A DNA stretch of 64,000 nt from Chiloscyllium plagiosum (Eukaryota): the NCBI RefSeq assembly GCF_004010195.1, contig NC_057718.1, positions 79,489,721-79,553,720 on the forward strand. The letters are read 5' to 3'. The position numbers and the translations under genes were made by a program. The notes under the pieces were generated by a model. The model ran no database searches. It saw only the letters and a program-made list of their open reading frames with translations, and had not been told where the DNA came from. This document shows, piece after piece, positions 1 to 14,345 of this stretch. Within the stretch, counting starts at the first letter, position 1. Each line of letters opens with the position of its first letter.

Positions 1-84
1 CTACACAGACAGTTGCCTAAGGCTGGAATTCAACCCGGGTCCCTGGCACTGTGAGGCAGCAGTGCTAACTACTGAGCCACCATG
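1..84 (-). mobile_element. HE1-like tRNA SINE, 5' head (cut by window edge)
   Basis: Reverse complement of the SINE head at 122 (ggtggctcagtagttagcactgctgcctcacag...gggttgaattcc). Confidence 0.85.
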
Positions 85-121
85 CAAACTTCAGTGACCC
101 TCTTACACAACAATGGATTGT

Positions 122-450
122 GGGCGGCACGGTGGCACAGTGGTTAGCACTGCTGCCTCACAGCGCCAGAGACCAGGGTTCAATTCCTGCCTCAGGCGAC
201 TCTCTGTGTGGAGTTTGCACATTCTCCCCGTGTCTGCATGGGTTTCCTCCAGGTGCTCCGGTTTCCTCCCACATTCCAAAAATGTGCAGGTTAGGTGAAT
301 TGGCCATGCTAAATTGCCCGTAGTGTTAGGTATATTAGTCAGAGGGGAAATGGGTCTGGGTGGGTTGCGCTTCGGTGAGTTGGTGTGGACTTGTTGGGCC
401 GAAAGGCCTGTTTCCACGCTGTCTCTACAGTGAATCTAATCTAATCTAAT
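122..450 (+). mobile_element. HE1-like tRNA/V-SINE, full length
   Basis: A box tggcacagtgg, B box ggttcaattcc, central gtggagtttgcacattctcccc domain, CR1-like tail, (aatct)n end. Confidence 0.9.
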
Positions 451-520
451 TGCAAACTCCTGCACATTGGAAATGTGCAGCTCTGCAACTTGAACTTTTA
501 GAATCAAACACATAAAATTA

Positions 521-1556
521 ACATAGAACATAGAACATTACAGCGCAGTACAGGCCCTTCGGCCCTCGATGTTGCGCCGACCTGTCATACCAATCTGAAG
601 CCCATCTAACCTACACTATTCCAAATACGTCCATATGCTTGTACAATGACGACTTAAATGTACTTAAAGTTGGTGAATCTACTACCGTTGCAGGCAAAGC
701 AATCCATACCCTTATTACTCTCTGAGTAAAGAAACTACCTCTGACATCTGTCCTATATCTATCACCCCTCAATTTAAAGCTATGCCCCCTCATACTCGTC
801 GTCACCATACTTGGAAAAAGGCTCTCACTGTCCACCCTATCTAACCCTCTGATTATCTTATATGTCTCAATTAAGTCACCTCTCAACCTTCTTCTCTCTA
901 ACGAAAACAGTCTCAAGTCCCTCAGCCTTTCCTCGTAAGACCTTCCTTCCAAACCAGGCAACATCCTAGTAAATCTCCTCTGCACCCTTTCCAAAGCTTC
1001 CACATCCTTCTTATAATGCAGTGATCAGAACTGTACACAATACTCCAAGTGCAGCCGCACCAGAGTTTTGTACAGCTGTAGCATAACCTCATGGCTGTGG
1101 AACTCGATCCCTCTATTAATAAAAGCTAAAACACTGTATGCCTTCTTCACAACTCTGTCAACCTGGGTGGCAACTTTCAAGGATCTGTGTACCTGGACAC
1201 CGAGATCTCTCTGCTCATCTACACTACCAAGAATCTTACCATTAGCCCAGTACTTTCCATTCCGGTTACTCCGACCAAAGTGAATCACCTCACACTTGTC
1301 CACATTAAACTCCATTTGCCACCTCTCAGCCCAGCTCTGCAGCTTATCTATGTCTCTCTGTAACCTACAACATCCTTCGTCACTATCCACAACTCCTCCG
1401 ACCTTAGTGTCGTCTGCAAATCTACTAACCCACCCTTCTATGCCCTCATCCAGGTCATTTATAAAAATGACGAACAGCAGTGGACCCAACACCGACCCTT
1501 GCGGTGCACCAGTATGAACATTTCCCATCAACCACCACCCTCTGTCTTCTTTCAGC
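521..1556 (-). mobile_element. CR1 LINE 3' fragment (reverse transcriptase)
   Basis: ORFs with PQGSVLGPLLF, FADD, LERVQRRFTRMLPG; (ttctatg)n tail at about 522-538. Confidence 0.92.
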
Positions 1557-1984
1557 AGAATAATTCAACCAGCAACTTATGCACACTTGAAGAACCCTCT
1601 ACAGAGCAAGAGAAGTGTCCCTTCTGTGACATAATTCAGCTATGCAGTTGAAATGGGGTGGAATAATCAAATGTTACTGCTGGTGTGAAATGAACATTGA
1701 ACATTGATTGACATCATGATCTTGAAGTTGATATGAACATTAATGCTCTCAGCAAAATAGCACCTGGTGCAATCCATGGCAGAACTTGATATGCAAACAG
1801 CAGATGCTAGCATGTTTAATTTCATACCCGAAAGTACCTTCTTATTTTTCTCAATAGTGAATCACTAGATATTTGCTTGAGTCCCCCTTCATCTGAGAGC
1901 CTCTTATAATACCTATGTTGTATAATTGACAGAGCAGAAGAAAAGGATTGTAAATTAGTAATATGATTTTTTTTGAAGGAACAA

Positions 1985-3607
1985 CAAATACATTAAGGAC
2001 GAAAGGGTAACTAGAGAGAGAATAGGGCCCCTCAAAGATCAGCAAGGCGGCCTTTGTGAGGAGCCGCAGAAAATGGGGGACATACTAAACGAATATTTTG
2101 CATCAGAATTTACTGTGGAAAAGAATATGGAAGATATAGAAGGAAGCGAAATAGATGGTGACACCTTGCAAAATGTCCATATTACAGAGAAGGAAGTGCT
2201 GGATATCTTGAAACGCATAAAGGTGGAAAAGTCCCCAGGACCGAATCAAGTGTACCCTCGAACTCTGTGGGAAGCAAGGGAAGTGATTGCTGGGCCTCTT
2301 GCTGGGTATCATGGATAGTCACAGGTGAGGTGCCGGAAGACTGGAGTTTGGCTAACGTGCTGCCATTCTTTAAGAAGGGTAGTAAGGACAAGTCAGGGAA
2401 CTATAGACCAGTGAGCCTGACGTCGCTGGTGGGCAAGTTGTTGGAGGGAATCCTGAGGGACAGGATGTACATGTATTTGGAAAGGCAAGGACTGATTAGG
2501 GATAGTCAACATGGCTTTGTACATGGGAAATCATGTCTCACAAACTTGATGGAGTTTTTTTAAGAAGTAACAAAGAGGATTGATGAGGGCAGAGCAGTAG
2601 ATGTGATCTATGTGGACTTCGGTAAGGCGTTCGACAAGATTCCCTATGGGAGACTGATTAGCAAGGTTAGATCTCATGGACTACAGGGAGAACTAGCCAT
2701 CTAGATACAGAACTGGCTCAAAGATAAATGACAAAGGGTGGTGGTAGAGGATTGTTTTTCAGACTGGAGGCCTGTGACCAGTAGAGTGCCACAAGGATTG
2801 GTGCTGGGTCCTCTACTTTGTGTCATTTATATAAATAATTTGGATGTGAGCATAAGAGGTATAGTTAGTAAGTTTGCAGATGACACCAAAATTGGAAGTG
2901 TATTAGACAGCAAAGATTACAACAGGATCTTGAACATATGGACCAATGGGCCGAGGAGTGGCAGATGGAGATTAATTCAGACAAATACGATGTGCTGCAT
3001 TTTGGGAAAGCAATTCTTAGCAGGACTTATACACTTAATAGTAAGGTCCTAGGGAGTGTTGCTGAACATAGAGACCTTGAAGTGCAAGTTCTTAGCTCGT
3101 TGAAAGTGGAGTCAACAGGTAGATAGGATAGTGAAGAAGGCGTTTGGTATGTTTTCTTTTATTGGTCAGAGTATTGAGTACAGGAGTTGGGAACGTCATG
3201 TTGCAGCTGTACAGGACATTGGTTAGGCCACTGTTGGACTATTGCGTGAAATTCTGGTCTCCTTCCTATCGGAAAGATGTTGTGAAACTTGAAAGGGTTC
3301 AGAAAAGATTTACAAGGATGTTGCCAGGGTTGGAGGATAGGGGAAAGATATAAAAGGGACTTAAGGAGCAACATTTTCACACAGAGGGTGGTGTGTGTAT
3401 GGAATGAGCTGCCAGAGAAAGTGGTGGAGGCTGAAACAATTGCAACATTTAAAAGGCATTTGGATGGGTATATGAATAGGAAATTGTTTGGAGGGTTATG
3501 GGCCGGGGTGCTGGCAGGTGGGACTAGATTGGGTTGGGATATCTGGTCGGCATGCACCGAAGGGTCTGTTTCCATGCTGTACATCTCTATGACTCTATGA
3601 CTCTATA
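1985..3607 (+). mobile_element. CR1 LINE, 5'-truncated and frameshifted
   Basis: LNEYFAS, NYRPVSLTS, QHGF, FADD motifs; (ctatga)n tail. Confidence 0.92.
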
Positions 3608-4481
3608 ACAAATTCATATTCTTTGTTACACTGTTTAAAATGGTCAGAGAAACAGATTTGTCACTAATTTCAGATATTAGTCATTTTTAAAAATGCATTG
3701 GGTGTCTTTACAGGGATGTAGGAAAAGAATAGGGGACTGGAATTATTTGGTAAACTCTTACAAAAAGCTGGAAAATAGGCACCTTGACTAAATTGTCTCT
3801 TTCATTGCATGATACTTGCTGTGAAAGGTTTTTACTTTTAACTTCCAATTTGTCTCTTTATCACCACTGTTTTTGTCTTCTTATTGCATTACACCACTAA
3901 CCTCTTGTTGCTCTGAATTTTATTCCCTTTCTCCTTATTAATTACGAAGCACGTGTTCCAGTACACACTTTCTCTATCCTATGTTCTTCCTGTGTTGAAA
4001 TCAAGATTAATTGCGTAACTTCCATTTTCAGCCAATGGAATTGAAGGCCTGCTTTCCACTGTGATGCAATGTCAGCTACTGATGGTGGAACAGATTTGCA
4101 CCATTAAATTTGGAACATAATTCCATTTTTGCCTTGGTAAACATGATTTTTTATTTTGAGCTGGTCTGCGTTTTGCACAAATGCTAGGAAACTGCCATGA
4201 AAACTTTACTAAGCCCAGCAATTTATGGAAATTGGATTGCTATTACTTGATGTTCCCCTTCTTTTTAATAATTAATACAGGAAAATTGCACTCACGGTCA
4301 TTAGTATAAGGAGCATCAGTGATTCATATCATTTCAACCATACATACTAATTCACACACTTAATATTGTCAGTCTCACTGACTCCTCCAAGCCAATTATT
4401 CAACTGCTGTCATCCATACCTAATATTTAAATAAAAAACTACATAAAATGTGCAAGAGACAGATAAAGTTGATGACATTAA

Positions 4482-5125
4482 GGATTGAATGTAACTTGTC
4501 CCTCGCAGCTAGTTAGCAGGCTGGTGGGTAGGTATTGAATGCCATGAGTGCTGGGACGCAGTGCCACCCCATCCACCTCAGCATCTGCTGCAATTATAAT
4601 AGTGATGGGGTAGGCATGAAGAGTTCCATGTGTCTCTGGGTCCATTTAGACCCTTAAATGGTCAATTAATATTTATTACCCAGATGGTGGGTAGACAGTA
4701 TCAAGTATGCATCTTGCCACATTCCACTGGGGAGACAGGTGGCTGGTCAAGGTGAGAAAGGAGCTTTTTCACACTTACAGGCTCCCCACACATAGCTGAG
4801 ATCTCCCAAAAGCACCTCCTCCCTAGATTCCTGTCCCTCTATTTCCTTATATATCTTGGACCCACACGTTGTTTTGCTTGGGTCTGTCAGCCTTGTCTGG
4901 TGAGAGCCAAGACAACTCGCAATCCATCTCATTCTCAGTTTGCTTCCCCCCAGGCCCTCTGCAGTTGCAGCAGTGGCCAACTGATCCCACCGGTGCTGCT
5001 GAGACCAGAGAGCTGTCAGCCATTTGATTGTCTGTTAAGTGGCTACTGGAGCAAGCAGCCTAGTGGTGATAATCTCACCTTCAGCACTTACATCAGGAAC
5101 CCACTCCCACATAAAATTCAGTTCC
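4482..5125. mobile_element. Possible old non-autonomous DNA transposon (MITE)
   Basis: Imperfect terminal inverted repeats ggattgaatgtaac / ataaaattcagttcc; GC-richer interior. Confidence 0.3.
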
Positions 5126-6714
5126 ATTCAACATCCTAACAGTTGCAGATTAGATGTTTTTGCTTCGAAGCCTGTCTTCACTAACTGTCTCTATTTCTCT
5201 TTCCTTCTTTAAGATTAGCATCTTTGACCAAGCATTTAGCACTGATCCTAATTCTTCCTTTCTCAGATTAGTATCAATCCTTCCATTTCAGTGAAGTGCC
5301 TTCATATGCCTTACTATATTAAATGTGCTACATAAATGCAATCTGTTAATTGTAAAATAATTTATCTTGCTAGTACAGACAAAGTATATTCTCTCCCAAG
5401 TATTCAAAGAATTCTTCTCTTTACCAAGCACTGCACATGAGCATGAATGAAATGAAATTTAGGGACTTGAACCTTCAAAAGACTTCCATATAAAAGAACA
5501 CACAAAAAAATGGCATTTGAAAAAATTGCTGATAATGTTATAGTCCAATAAGCTCAAAGACATTGCCTCTGTCCCTGTCTTCCCCATCTCCAAGACAGAG
5601 TCTGCCTTGTGCTACTTGACAATATTCAGACAGACATTGAGCAGGCAATAGCTGCGGTAGAGAAGAATCTTCTGGCATCTGAGTCCCTTGATTAAATTGC
5701 TGTTTGTAATCAATTCAAGGTATCCATGATATATTCACTTTAAATAAATGATTTGCATGCCATAATTGCATGCAAAAGAGCTATGGTTTCCCACATTTTT
5801 GGATGAGATTGATGAGGTACTGCTGTGACAGTTTCTACAGAGGACTTGCCACTAGGTCCCATCTATTTTTTTGAAGATACAATTTTAATAAGAATTAATA
5901 CTTTGCTGTACCCATTCAATTTTTCTGCTTCATATTTTCAGTTAAAACAAAATCAGTTTGCTGATGATACTGGAGAAAGAACTAGCTTGGAAAGGTTATA
6001 GTGCAAAACATCTGCATTAGCATATACAGTAATGCTGACTCATTCATGGGTTTATGTATATACCGCTATTGATGTTAATTCTCATACTTCATCTGGGCTT
6101 GAATGTGACACTTTGAATTCAATATACTTGATTAGACCATTAATATTTATGACTTAAAGATAAACATTTTTAAAAATTGAAGTGGATATCATGAAGTAAA
6201 ACAAAAAAAGGCTGTTCAACAATAATTCCTTGGAACTGAAATTCATATCATTACAAAATCACAGAATGGTTAAACCATAGAATGAGGTCATTTAGGACAC
6301 AGTCTGTGCTAGCTCTCTGCAAAAAATGCTTTGCTAGGCCCACTCCTGATACTGTGTCTGCAGCGTTATCAATTCATAGCTCCTCTAGTATCACAACTGC
6401 CTTTTCTTTCACTGTGTATAATTGCATTTTAAAAACACAGAAAAGCATGAGAAAACTGCTCTATTGTGTATCAGTTTTATCCATTTCACATGCCACTCTA
6501 TATTGACAATTTTCTTTGGCAACATTGAATTACTCCCAATTGCAAGTGCTGTCTTCTGGGAAGCTACTTTGGTGATGGAAGGGTAGGTGTGAATGGTCAG
6601 AGACGCTATCAATGTCCAGATCTTGGGTGGTGCCATGATGTCTGCTCTGAGAAAGACGTTGGCGAAGCAGGGTGCATTCAGGGTGCAAAGTTCAGAAAGG
6701 CCTGTCTGTGAATT

Positions 6715-6881
6715 AGATAAAAACTGAAAGAACTGTGGATTCTGAAAATCAGAAACAAAAACATAGATTGCTGGAAAGCTCCCAGCTCTGAGGAAGGGTC
6801 ACTCAACCTGAAATATTAACTCTTATTTCTCTCTATGGATGCTGCCAGACCTGCTCAGCTTTTCCAGCAATTTCTGTTTTG
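6715..6881. mobile_element. Short fold-back PLE terminal-repeat insertion with a degenerate hammerhead motif
   Basis: TSD tgtctgtgaatt at 6703-6714 and 6882-6893; ctgagga-agggtc...cctgaaa-ta-tt motif; inverted attgctggaaa/tttccagcaat arms. Confidence 0.75.
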
Positions 6882-7882
6882 TGTCTGTGAATTGGAGTTC
6901 CATTAGGAGGTTTGTATTTCCTTTAAGCTAGCAGCTTCCAGCAACTCCTGCAAACAACTAAGTCCCAAACGTAACCATTTCTGCCTTCCATGTGGTACCA
7001 GCCTACGACATTGCGAGACCTTACCAATCGTAGGGAAGTCCGCATCTCCTAAATCATGCCTTGGTGAGGGAGCAAACAAAGAAAGGTAACAACGATACAA
7101 ATTCCATAGCAAATTCTATAAGACAGTTATGATTGACCACAAACTAAATAAGCATGGTGTCAATATTGCTGCTGTATAAGAAATCTGATTAGCCAATACA
7201 GGCTCAGTCCTAACTACCTTGCATTCACTTGCTGTGGAGTGTGGGTCATTGTTCAAAAGTATTTCATTGGCTGTAAAGCACTTTGGGACAACCAAAGGTT
7301 GTGAAAAAGCCTTTAGAAATAAAGTATCCTCCTTTTTTCCAATGGAACACCTGCCTCCAGTACAGGCTTACTTAAATAAATAGTATTCTTGTGAGTTGAT
7401 CCAAGGAGTAGCAATTAATAATGAATATCCCTTCAGGCAACCCTGAGGCTATTACTGTCTTTCTAAAGATTCCTCATTCAAACCTGTCATGGCTGAGCAT
7501 TGGTAATGGATGTTAAGAGTTTACTTGACTATGGCAGCTAGGGAAGTCACCTCTGTCATTACAGTCTGTCCTCACTTGAAATCAATGTCTTCACTTTCCA
7601 GGAGGGATCATGGGACAGAAACTGAAAACTACAAAAGCCTTTGCCAGTTCAGCGAAGATCCACCAAGTCAGCAAAGTTCAGAGTTTTGAACTGGGATGTT
7701 GTGTTCCATATGCCTCAAGGAACAATTTATTTAATCACTGGGAACATGAAAACATGACGTTCAAATAGCTTATGTGATTATATTGGTTGTCGGAACAAAT
7801 CTTATGAAAGTCTGTCTTGGATCACAATTTTACATCCACTTAGAAAAAGTAAGAATGCAATACCCATTGCCAATCTATTGCT

Positions 7883-8291
7883 GCTGGTATTTTACCAATG
7901 GAAGGGTGGCCTAACACCACATGGCAAGGTGTGCTTCAGGAAAGGGGTGGTGATGTTACTTCCTGTTCAGGCACATTGTGGCCTACCGAGGTCCCTTTCA
8001 GAGAGAGCAGTCTCTACATGAAGAACTACCCACTCTTCAATCACTATTTCCAGCCCCTGGCCAAGCCCAGATGAAGTTGCCACAGTTATCTTTAATGACA
8101 GCCTCCAGCAATGCTTCTGGTCTTGGGCCTATTGCAGTCTCACTAGGGCTCACTGTTCTCAGTTACAACAATAGGACCAAAGAGCAGCAAGTGTTCTAAC
8201 TAGCTGGAAGCTTTTGGAGGTGGGAGATCCTGCTTTGAAGAAGACGCTAATACTTCAGGCAACTTACTGCCTGATGATAGTAAAATCCAGT
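7883..8291. mobile_element. Possible MITE (Harbinger-like termini)
   Basis: Inverted termini ctggtattttac / gtaaaatccag. Confidence 0.35.
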
Positions 8292-8454
8292 TATGATTTC
8301 CAGGGCTAGCAGAGGTGGACTTGTTTTGTTTGTTAGGGCCATTGCTTTTCTGTTAAATCCCAAACGTTGTCTTTGGAGTTGGAACATTGCATTGTACTTC
8401 CCTCTCCACGCACACGAATGCAAGTTCAGACTCATGATTTAATGCAGCAATCAA

Positions 8455-9240
8455 TGAAAGTTGCATTGTTGGAGGTGGTGTATTTCGGACATGTTATTTA
8501 CCTTCAGTTCCACCTACTCTCTCAGCTGTTTGTCAAATAACTCACTATACTTCTGGTCGCCTTATCATATGAAGACTATTATTAAACTGGAATGAGTTCA
8601 GAAAATATTTACCAGTATGTTGCCAGGACTGGAGGATTTGAGATATAAAAATAGACTGGAAAGACTGAGACTTTTTTCATTGAAATGTAGGAGGTTGAGG
8701 ATGACCTTATAGAGGTTTATAAAATCATGAGGGGCATTGGTAAGGTAAATGACATGGGCCTTTTCCCTATGGTTGGGAAGTTCAAAACTAAAGGGCATAT
8801 TCTTAAGTTGAGAGGAAAAAAAGTTAAAAAGGACGTGAGGGGCAACTTTTTTACACAAAGAATGTAAATTGCCAAAGAAAATGGTAGATACAGGTACGGA
8901 AACAATGTTTAAAAGTCAGGAAAGGTTTGGAGGGATACTGGGCTAGTGCAGGCAGGTAGGGCTAATTTAGTTTGGGATTATGGTCAGCATAGACTGTTTG
9001 GACCGAAGGGTCGGTTTCCATGCTGTATAACTATGACTATTTAGAGGAAAAACTGGTCACTCTCCCGAATGTCCTGGCCAATATTTATCCTTCAAATAAA
9101 GTCTTTAAAAATTCATCATCCACTTATTGCCATTGAGGAAACTTGCTGTATGCAAGCTGGCTGTTGTATTTCCTATGAGTGCATTTAAAAAAAAGCATTT
9201 AGTTAGTTGCAGAATGCTTTGGGACATCATGAGATCTTGA
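8455..9240 (+). mobile_element. Old Deu-domain SINE (SacSINE1/AmnSINE1-like) split by a CR1 3' fragment at about 8550-9040
   Basis: tgtcctggccaatatttatcc and gctttgggacatc motifs, recalled from DeuSINE consensus; CR1 insert has a ctatga tail. Confidence 0.6.
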
Positions 9241-10721
9241 ACCTCAGTATACATTATGCACATATATCTTCTCAACAAGCTTAAATAATTGACCCAGCTA
9301 TTTGAATTCTGAACTATTTGATCTTGTTGCCACTTCAGAGAGGTTACAAGGCATCATTATATTAAGACAATCTGATATATATATATATAGCAGCTGAGTA
9401 TTAATATTTTGATGGATTTACTCAAAGCCTTTGTATCATGCTGGATTAAAACATTACTCATACTGCACAAAATGACAGCCCTGTTACGAGTTTTATTACG
9501 GCTTATTCAATTTAATAGGACTGTGTAGGGCAATTGTAAAACCCTCTAGGACTCGTTGGGTGAGGGCACTCAATAATGACAGAAGCAGGGCCGAAATAAT
9601 TTATTGTCTCGGTAGATGAAAATAGATACTGGTTTTCAGCTGCATTGCTGCCAGAACAAAGGTCAAAATAAAATCTCTTTCAAAGTCAGAATCACAGAGC
9701 ATAACTTAAAGAAAATATTAAATGGAATTCTTTCGAAGATCTAAAGGGAACAAAAATAATTCAAGGTAGTTGATAGGAACACTGCAGAGTTTCGATTGTT
9801 GTTCATGCTGAAAAAAAAGATAATGTCAGCTGATAAAATTAAATGGGACTGGGGCTATCTCTTGGCTTTATCCTCTGAGCAAACTTCTTGGTGACAGAAT
9901 TTAAAAATGCAGCGGAGGCCTCAGAGAATTAAAAACCATTAAAGTTACATTTGTGAGATGCCAACATTTCTATAATGAAGAGCAGCAAGATTGAAAGGCT
10001 GTCACCTCACATGGGACATTTGACAGGTCTCTCTGGAAATCAAGGTGGATATGCATGGACTGGTTGATACACATTTCAAACAGAGGCATAAGGAAGGCAA
10101 TGGTTCAGTAGGAATTTCCATTAAATCTTAAAATCTTAACTTCCTTCAGCATCACATTTTGATGTCTTCTTAGGGCACTGCTTATTTGACACCCTACTGG
10201 GGAACAAATTGCTTTCTCAGTGAGATATTTAGACAGTTCTGAATTGGGTGATAGGAATCACAGCATGCCAGACCTGGAGTAAGCAAACAATCAACAATGA
10301 GCAATTATGTGCCATCTAAAATGGGACAAATAGCAACATGGTTGACATGACATTTCATTTACAACTCAAAGTGAACACTGCTGCTCTAATTAAATTATAT
10401 GCCCTTTAGTTCAGGGTGTATTTATTCAACCATAAATAGTTTCTTTATATGCATTAGCTTTCCTCTGAGATCAAATTCCATTTATATGGAATCTTTAAAA
10501 TAAGAAAACATCCCAAGGTATTGAGAGGAGCGTATTCAAACAAGGACTTGATATCAAGTCACATAAAGAGGCATTAAGGTGGTAATCTGATCACAGTGAT
10601 ATTTTGTAAGGGGGGTGTGTTTTTATAAGAAGATAGAGAAGTAGCCAGGTGGAGAGGTTTAGAGATGGTACTTCAGAACTTATCTTTCAAAGCAGTTCAA
10701 AGCAACACTTCCATTTATGAA

Positions 10722-10837
10722 TTGGAGGTGCTGGTGTTGGACTGGGGTGGACAAGGTTAAAAATCACACAACATCAGTTGTAGTCCAACAGGTTTATTTG
10801 GAAGCACTAGCTTTCAAAGCACTGCTTCTTCATCAGG
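10722..10837 (-). mobile_element. PLE terminal-repeat fragment (AGCU-type hammerhead family)
   Basis: Reverse complement of 28311-28430; ctgatga-a-gaagc-agt-gcttt-gaaa-gc-ta. Confidence 0.7.
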
Positions 10838-11178
10838 AAGAAATTGTTCATTCTTGGGAACCTAATTTGGACTCCCTCCAATGCCAGCACATCCTTCCTT
10901 AGATACATGGCTCAAAGTTGCTCACAATATTCCAAATGTGGTCTGATCGGAGCCTTATACAGCCTCAGAAGTATATTGTAGCACTTTGAAATGAATGCTA
11001 ACATTGCATTTGCCTTCCTGACTACCAACTGAACCTTGATCTGAAGAGAATGCTGAACTAGGTTTCATTTTCAGATTTCTAAAGCATTTCCCCATTTAGA
11101 AAATAGTCTACACCTCTATTCCTTCTATGAAAGAACATAACCTCATACCTTTCCATATTACATTTGATTCCTGAATAA

Positions 11179-11509
11179 GGGACGGCACAGTGGCTCAGTG
11201 GTTAGCACTGCTGCCTCACAGCACCTGGGTCCCAGGTTTGATTCTAGCCTCGGGCGACTGTCTGTGTGGAGTTTGCACGTTCTCCCCGTGTCTGAGTTGT
11301 TAATGAAATGTCATGTCAACCATGTTGCTCCGATTTCCTCTCACAGTTCAAAGATGTGCAGGTCAGGTGAATTGGCCATGCTAAATTGCCCATAGTGTTA
11401 GGCACATTAGCCAAAGGGCAATGGGTCTGCGTGGGTTACTCTTCGGAGGGTCGGTGTGGACTTGTTGGGCCGAAGGGCCTGTTTCCACACTGTAGGGAAT
11501 CTAATCTAA
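11179..11509 (+). mobile_element. HE1-like SINE
   Basis: Same head, core and tail as 122-450. Confidence 0.88.
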
Positions 11510-12007
11510 ACGTACTGACAATCACCTACCATCCAAGTCAGAGAGAACTTGACTTTCAGAAAGGCTACTAACAATGATACTCTAATAACTCAGGGAAGCT
11601 TATGTCAGTTGTAATGTTGGAGTTTCACCACATCTGTGAACTTTGACAATATACCAAGATGGGAGAGAATTTGTTATAACCTGGTCATCAGCACAAGATT
11701 ACCACATTAGACTTTCTGAATGTTTAGGGCTCTATTCTCTGAGCCAGACCACTGTACCTGATACTAATGGACAAATACAGATGACTTCTCAATTAAACAG
11801 GTAAGATGGGGTTTCTGTCTCTCAGTCGCTGTTTGTTGTTAGTCTGCAGCTGGAATTAGTGCAGACACAAGAAAAAACAAAATCAATACTATACTTTGTA
11901 ATTTATACAAATGGACACATCTGAACCATTTGACATATTGACCATACATAAAGACTATTTATTTTACATGTTCATGCAACAAAATTCTAACTTTAAAACT
12001 GCTTTTA

Positions 12008-13295
12008 AACAATAGACAATAGGTGCAGGAGTAGGCCATTCTGCCCTTCGAGCCTGCACCACCATTCAATATGATCATGGCTGGTCATTCTTAATCAGTA
12101 TCCTGTTCCTGCCTTATCTCCATAACCCTTGATTCCACTATCCTTGAGAGCTCTATCCAATTCTTTCTTAAATGAATCCAGAGACTGGGCCTCCACTGCT
12201 CTCTGGGGCAGAGCATTCCACACACCCAGCACTCTCTAGGTGAAGAAGTTTCTCCTCATCTCTGTCCTACATGGTCTACCCTGTATTTTTAAGCTGTGCC
12301 CTCTGGTTTGGCACTCACCCATCAGCGGAAACATGTTTCCTGCCTCCAGAGTGTCCAATCCTTTAATAATCTTATATGTCTCAATCAGATCCCCTCTCAG
12401 TCTTCTAAACTCAAGGGTATACAAGCCCAGTCACTCCAGTCTTTCANNNNNNNNNNNNNNNNNNNNNNNNNNNNNNNNNNNNNNNNNNNNNNNNNNNNNN
12501 NNNNNNNNNNNNNNNNNNNNNNNNNNNNNNNNNNNNNNNNNNNNNNNNNNNNNNNNNNNNNNNNNNNNNNNNNNNNNNNNNNNNNNNNNNNNNNNNNNNN
12601 NNNNNNNNNNNNNNNNNNNNNNNNNNNNNNNNNNNNNNNNNNNNNNNNNNNNNNNNNNNNNNNNNNNNNNNNNNNNNNNNNNNNNNNNNNNNNNNNNNNN
12701 NNNNNNNNNNNNNNNNNNNNNNNNNNNNNNNNNNNNNNNNNNNNNNNNNNNNNNNNNNNNNNNNNNNNNNNNNNNNNNNNNNNNNNNNNNNNNNNNNNNN
12801 NNNNNNNNNNNNNNNNNNNNNNNNNNNNNNNNNNNNNNNNNNNNNNNNNNNNNNNNNNNNNNNNNNNNNNNNNNNNNNNNNNNNNNNNNNNNNNNNNNNN
12901 NNNNNNNNNNNNNNNNNNNNNNNNNNNNNNNNNNNNNNNNNNNNNNNNNNNNNNNNNNNNNNNNNNNNNNNNNNNNNNNNNNNNNNNNNNNNNNNNNNNN
13001 NNNNNNNNNNNNNNNNNNNNNNNNNNNNNNNNNNNNNNNNNNNNNNNNNNNNNNNNNCTACTATCCAGATGTGTCGTAATTTCATCCTTTATAATAGACT
13101 CCAGCATCTTTCCCACCACTGAGGTCAGACGAACTGGTCTATAATTTCCTGCTTTCTCTCTCCCACCTTTCTTAAAAAGTGGTACAACATTAGCCACCCT
13201 CCAATCCGCAGGGACTGATCCCGAATCTATCGAACTCTGGAAAATAATCACTAACGCATCCATGATTTCTCGAGCCACCTCCTTCAGTACCCTGA
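12008..13295 (-). mobile_element. CR1 LINE fragment spanning an assembly gap
   Basis: RRLRGDLIETYK and NYRPVRLTSVVGK motifs on either side of the N-run; (attgtct)n tail. Confidence 0.88.
12447..13057. other. Assembly gap (611 N)
   Basis: Run of N. Confidence 1.
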
Positions 13296-13539
13296 CCTCC
13301 ATTTCACTTGCATCTTACAGTAACTTTGACTATTCTGTATTGTTCAGTGAGCTTCAGGAAAGATTAAAAATAATATAGTGGCAGTGTAAAAGAATATCAT
13401 AGGGTCTATGATAAGAATATTAATAGGCATCACGTGTAAAAGATTAAAATTTGTATGATGAGTCAAATTATTGTAATAATGCTTTTAAAAATGTTTTTGG
13501 TTACAGGAGTATGGTTTATCGAATGAATTTGCTTTCTGA

Positions 13540-14345
13540 ATCATAGAATCACAGGAGGATGTTGAACAACTCAGCTCTTTGGAAAAGCAGCTCACTAAAG
13601 CCATTCCCCTCCCTTGTCTTTGTTGTCCAGCAATTTTGTTTCACTTCAAATATTTATCGAATTCCCCAAAAGCCTCAAAGAGATCTGCCTCCAATACACT
13701 TTCAGGCAGCGTATACAAAATACCTACATGGCCTTTGCTTCTTTTGTGAATCACTGGTGTTCTCTGATTTCTAAACCTTCCACAAATGGGATCAGTTTCT
13801 CCCTATCTAATTGGTTCAGACTCTTCATGATTTTGAACAACTCTATCAAATCTCCTCTTAATCTTCTTTTCTTCAAGTTGGAAAGTCTCAAGTTTTCCAA
13901 ACTATATGTATAGTTGAATTTCCTCATCCCTGAACCATTCTTGTGACTACTTTCTGCACACTCCCTCATAACTTTGCATCCTTCTGAAGGTTCAATGTCC
14001 AGAACTGGACTCAAATGCTGCAGTAGAATTTGAACTAACATCGTAACTCTGTTGCCTTTATAATACATGACCCGATTTGTTATACCCCAAATCCCAAATA
14101 TTTTATTAACTGTTTTTTCAGCCTGCTCTACCACCCTTAGTGACACTTACAAATATACATCAGGTCCCTTTGCTTCTGCAGCCCCTACAGAATTGACAGT
14201 TTTTCCCTGTTCTTCTTACCAACACGAATCACTTCACCTGTCTCTGCATTAAACTACATCTGCAAGTTGTCCACCCATTCCATCAGCCTGTTTAATCTGT
14301 CTGAAGAATATCACTGTCCTCCTCATAGCGTACAATACCTCTAAT
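13540..14345 (-). mobile_element. Old CR1 LINE fragment
   Basis: KKRRLRGDLIELFKIMK motif in a minus-strand ORF. Confidence 0.75.

Noticed and set aside
122..200. tRNA gene
   Set aside because: tRNA-derived SINE head repeated eight times in the window and followed by SINE body.
12240..13302. Long ORFs of 213-301 aa
   Set aside because: Artifacts of translating through the 611-N gap inside a CR1.
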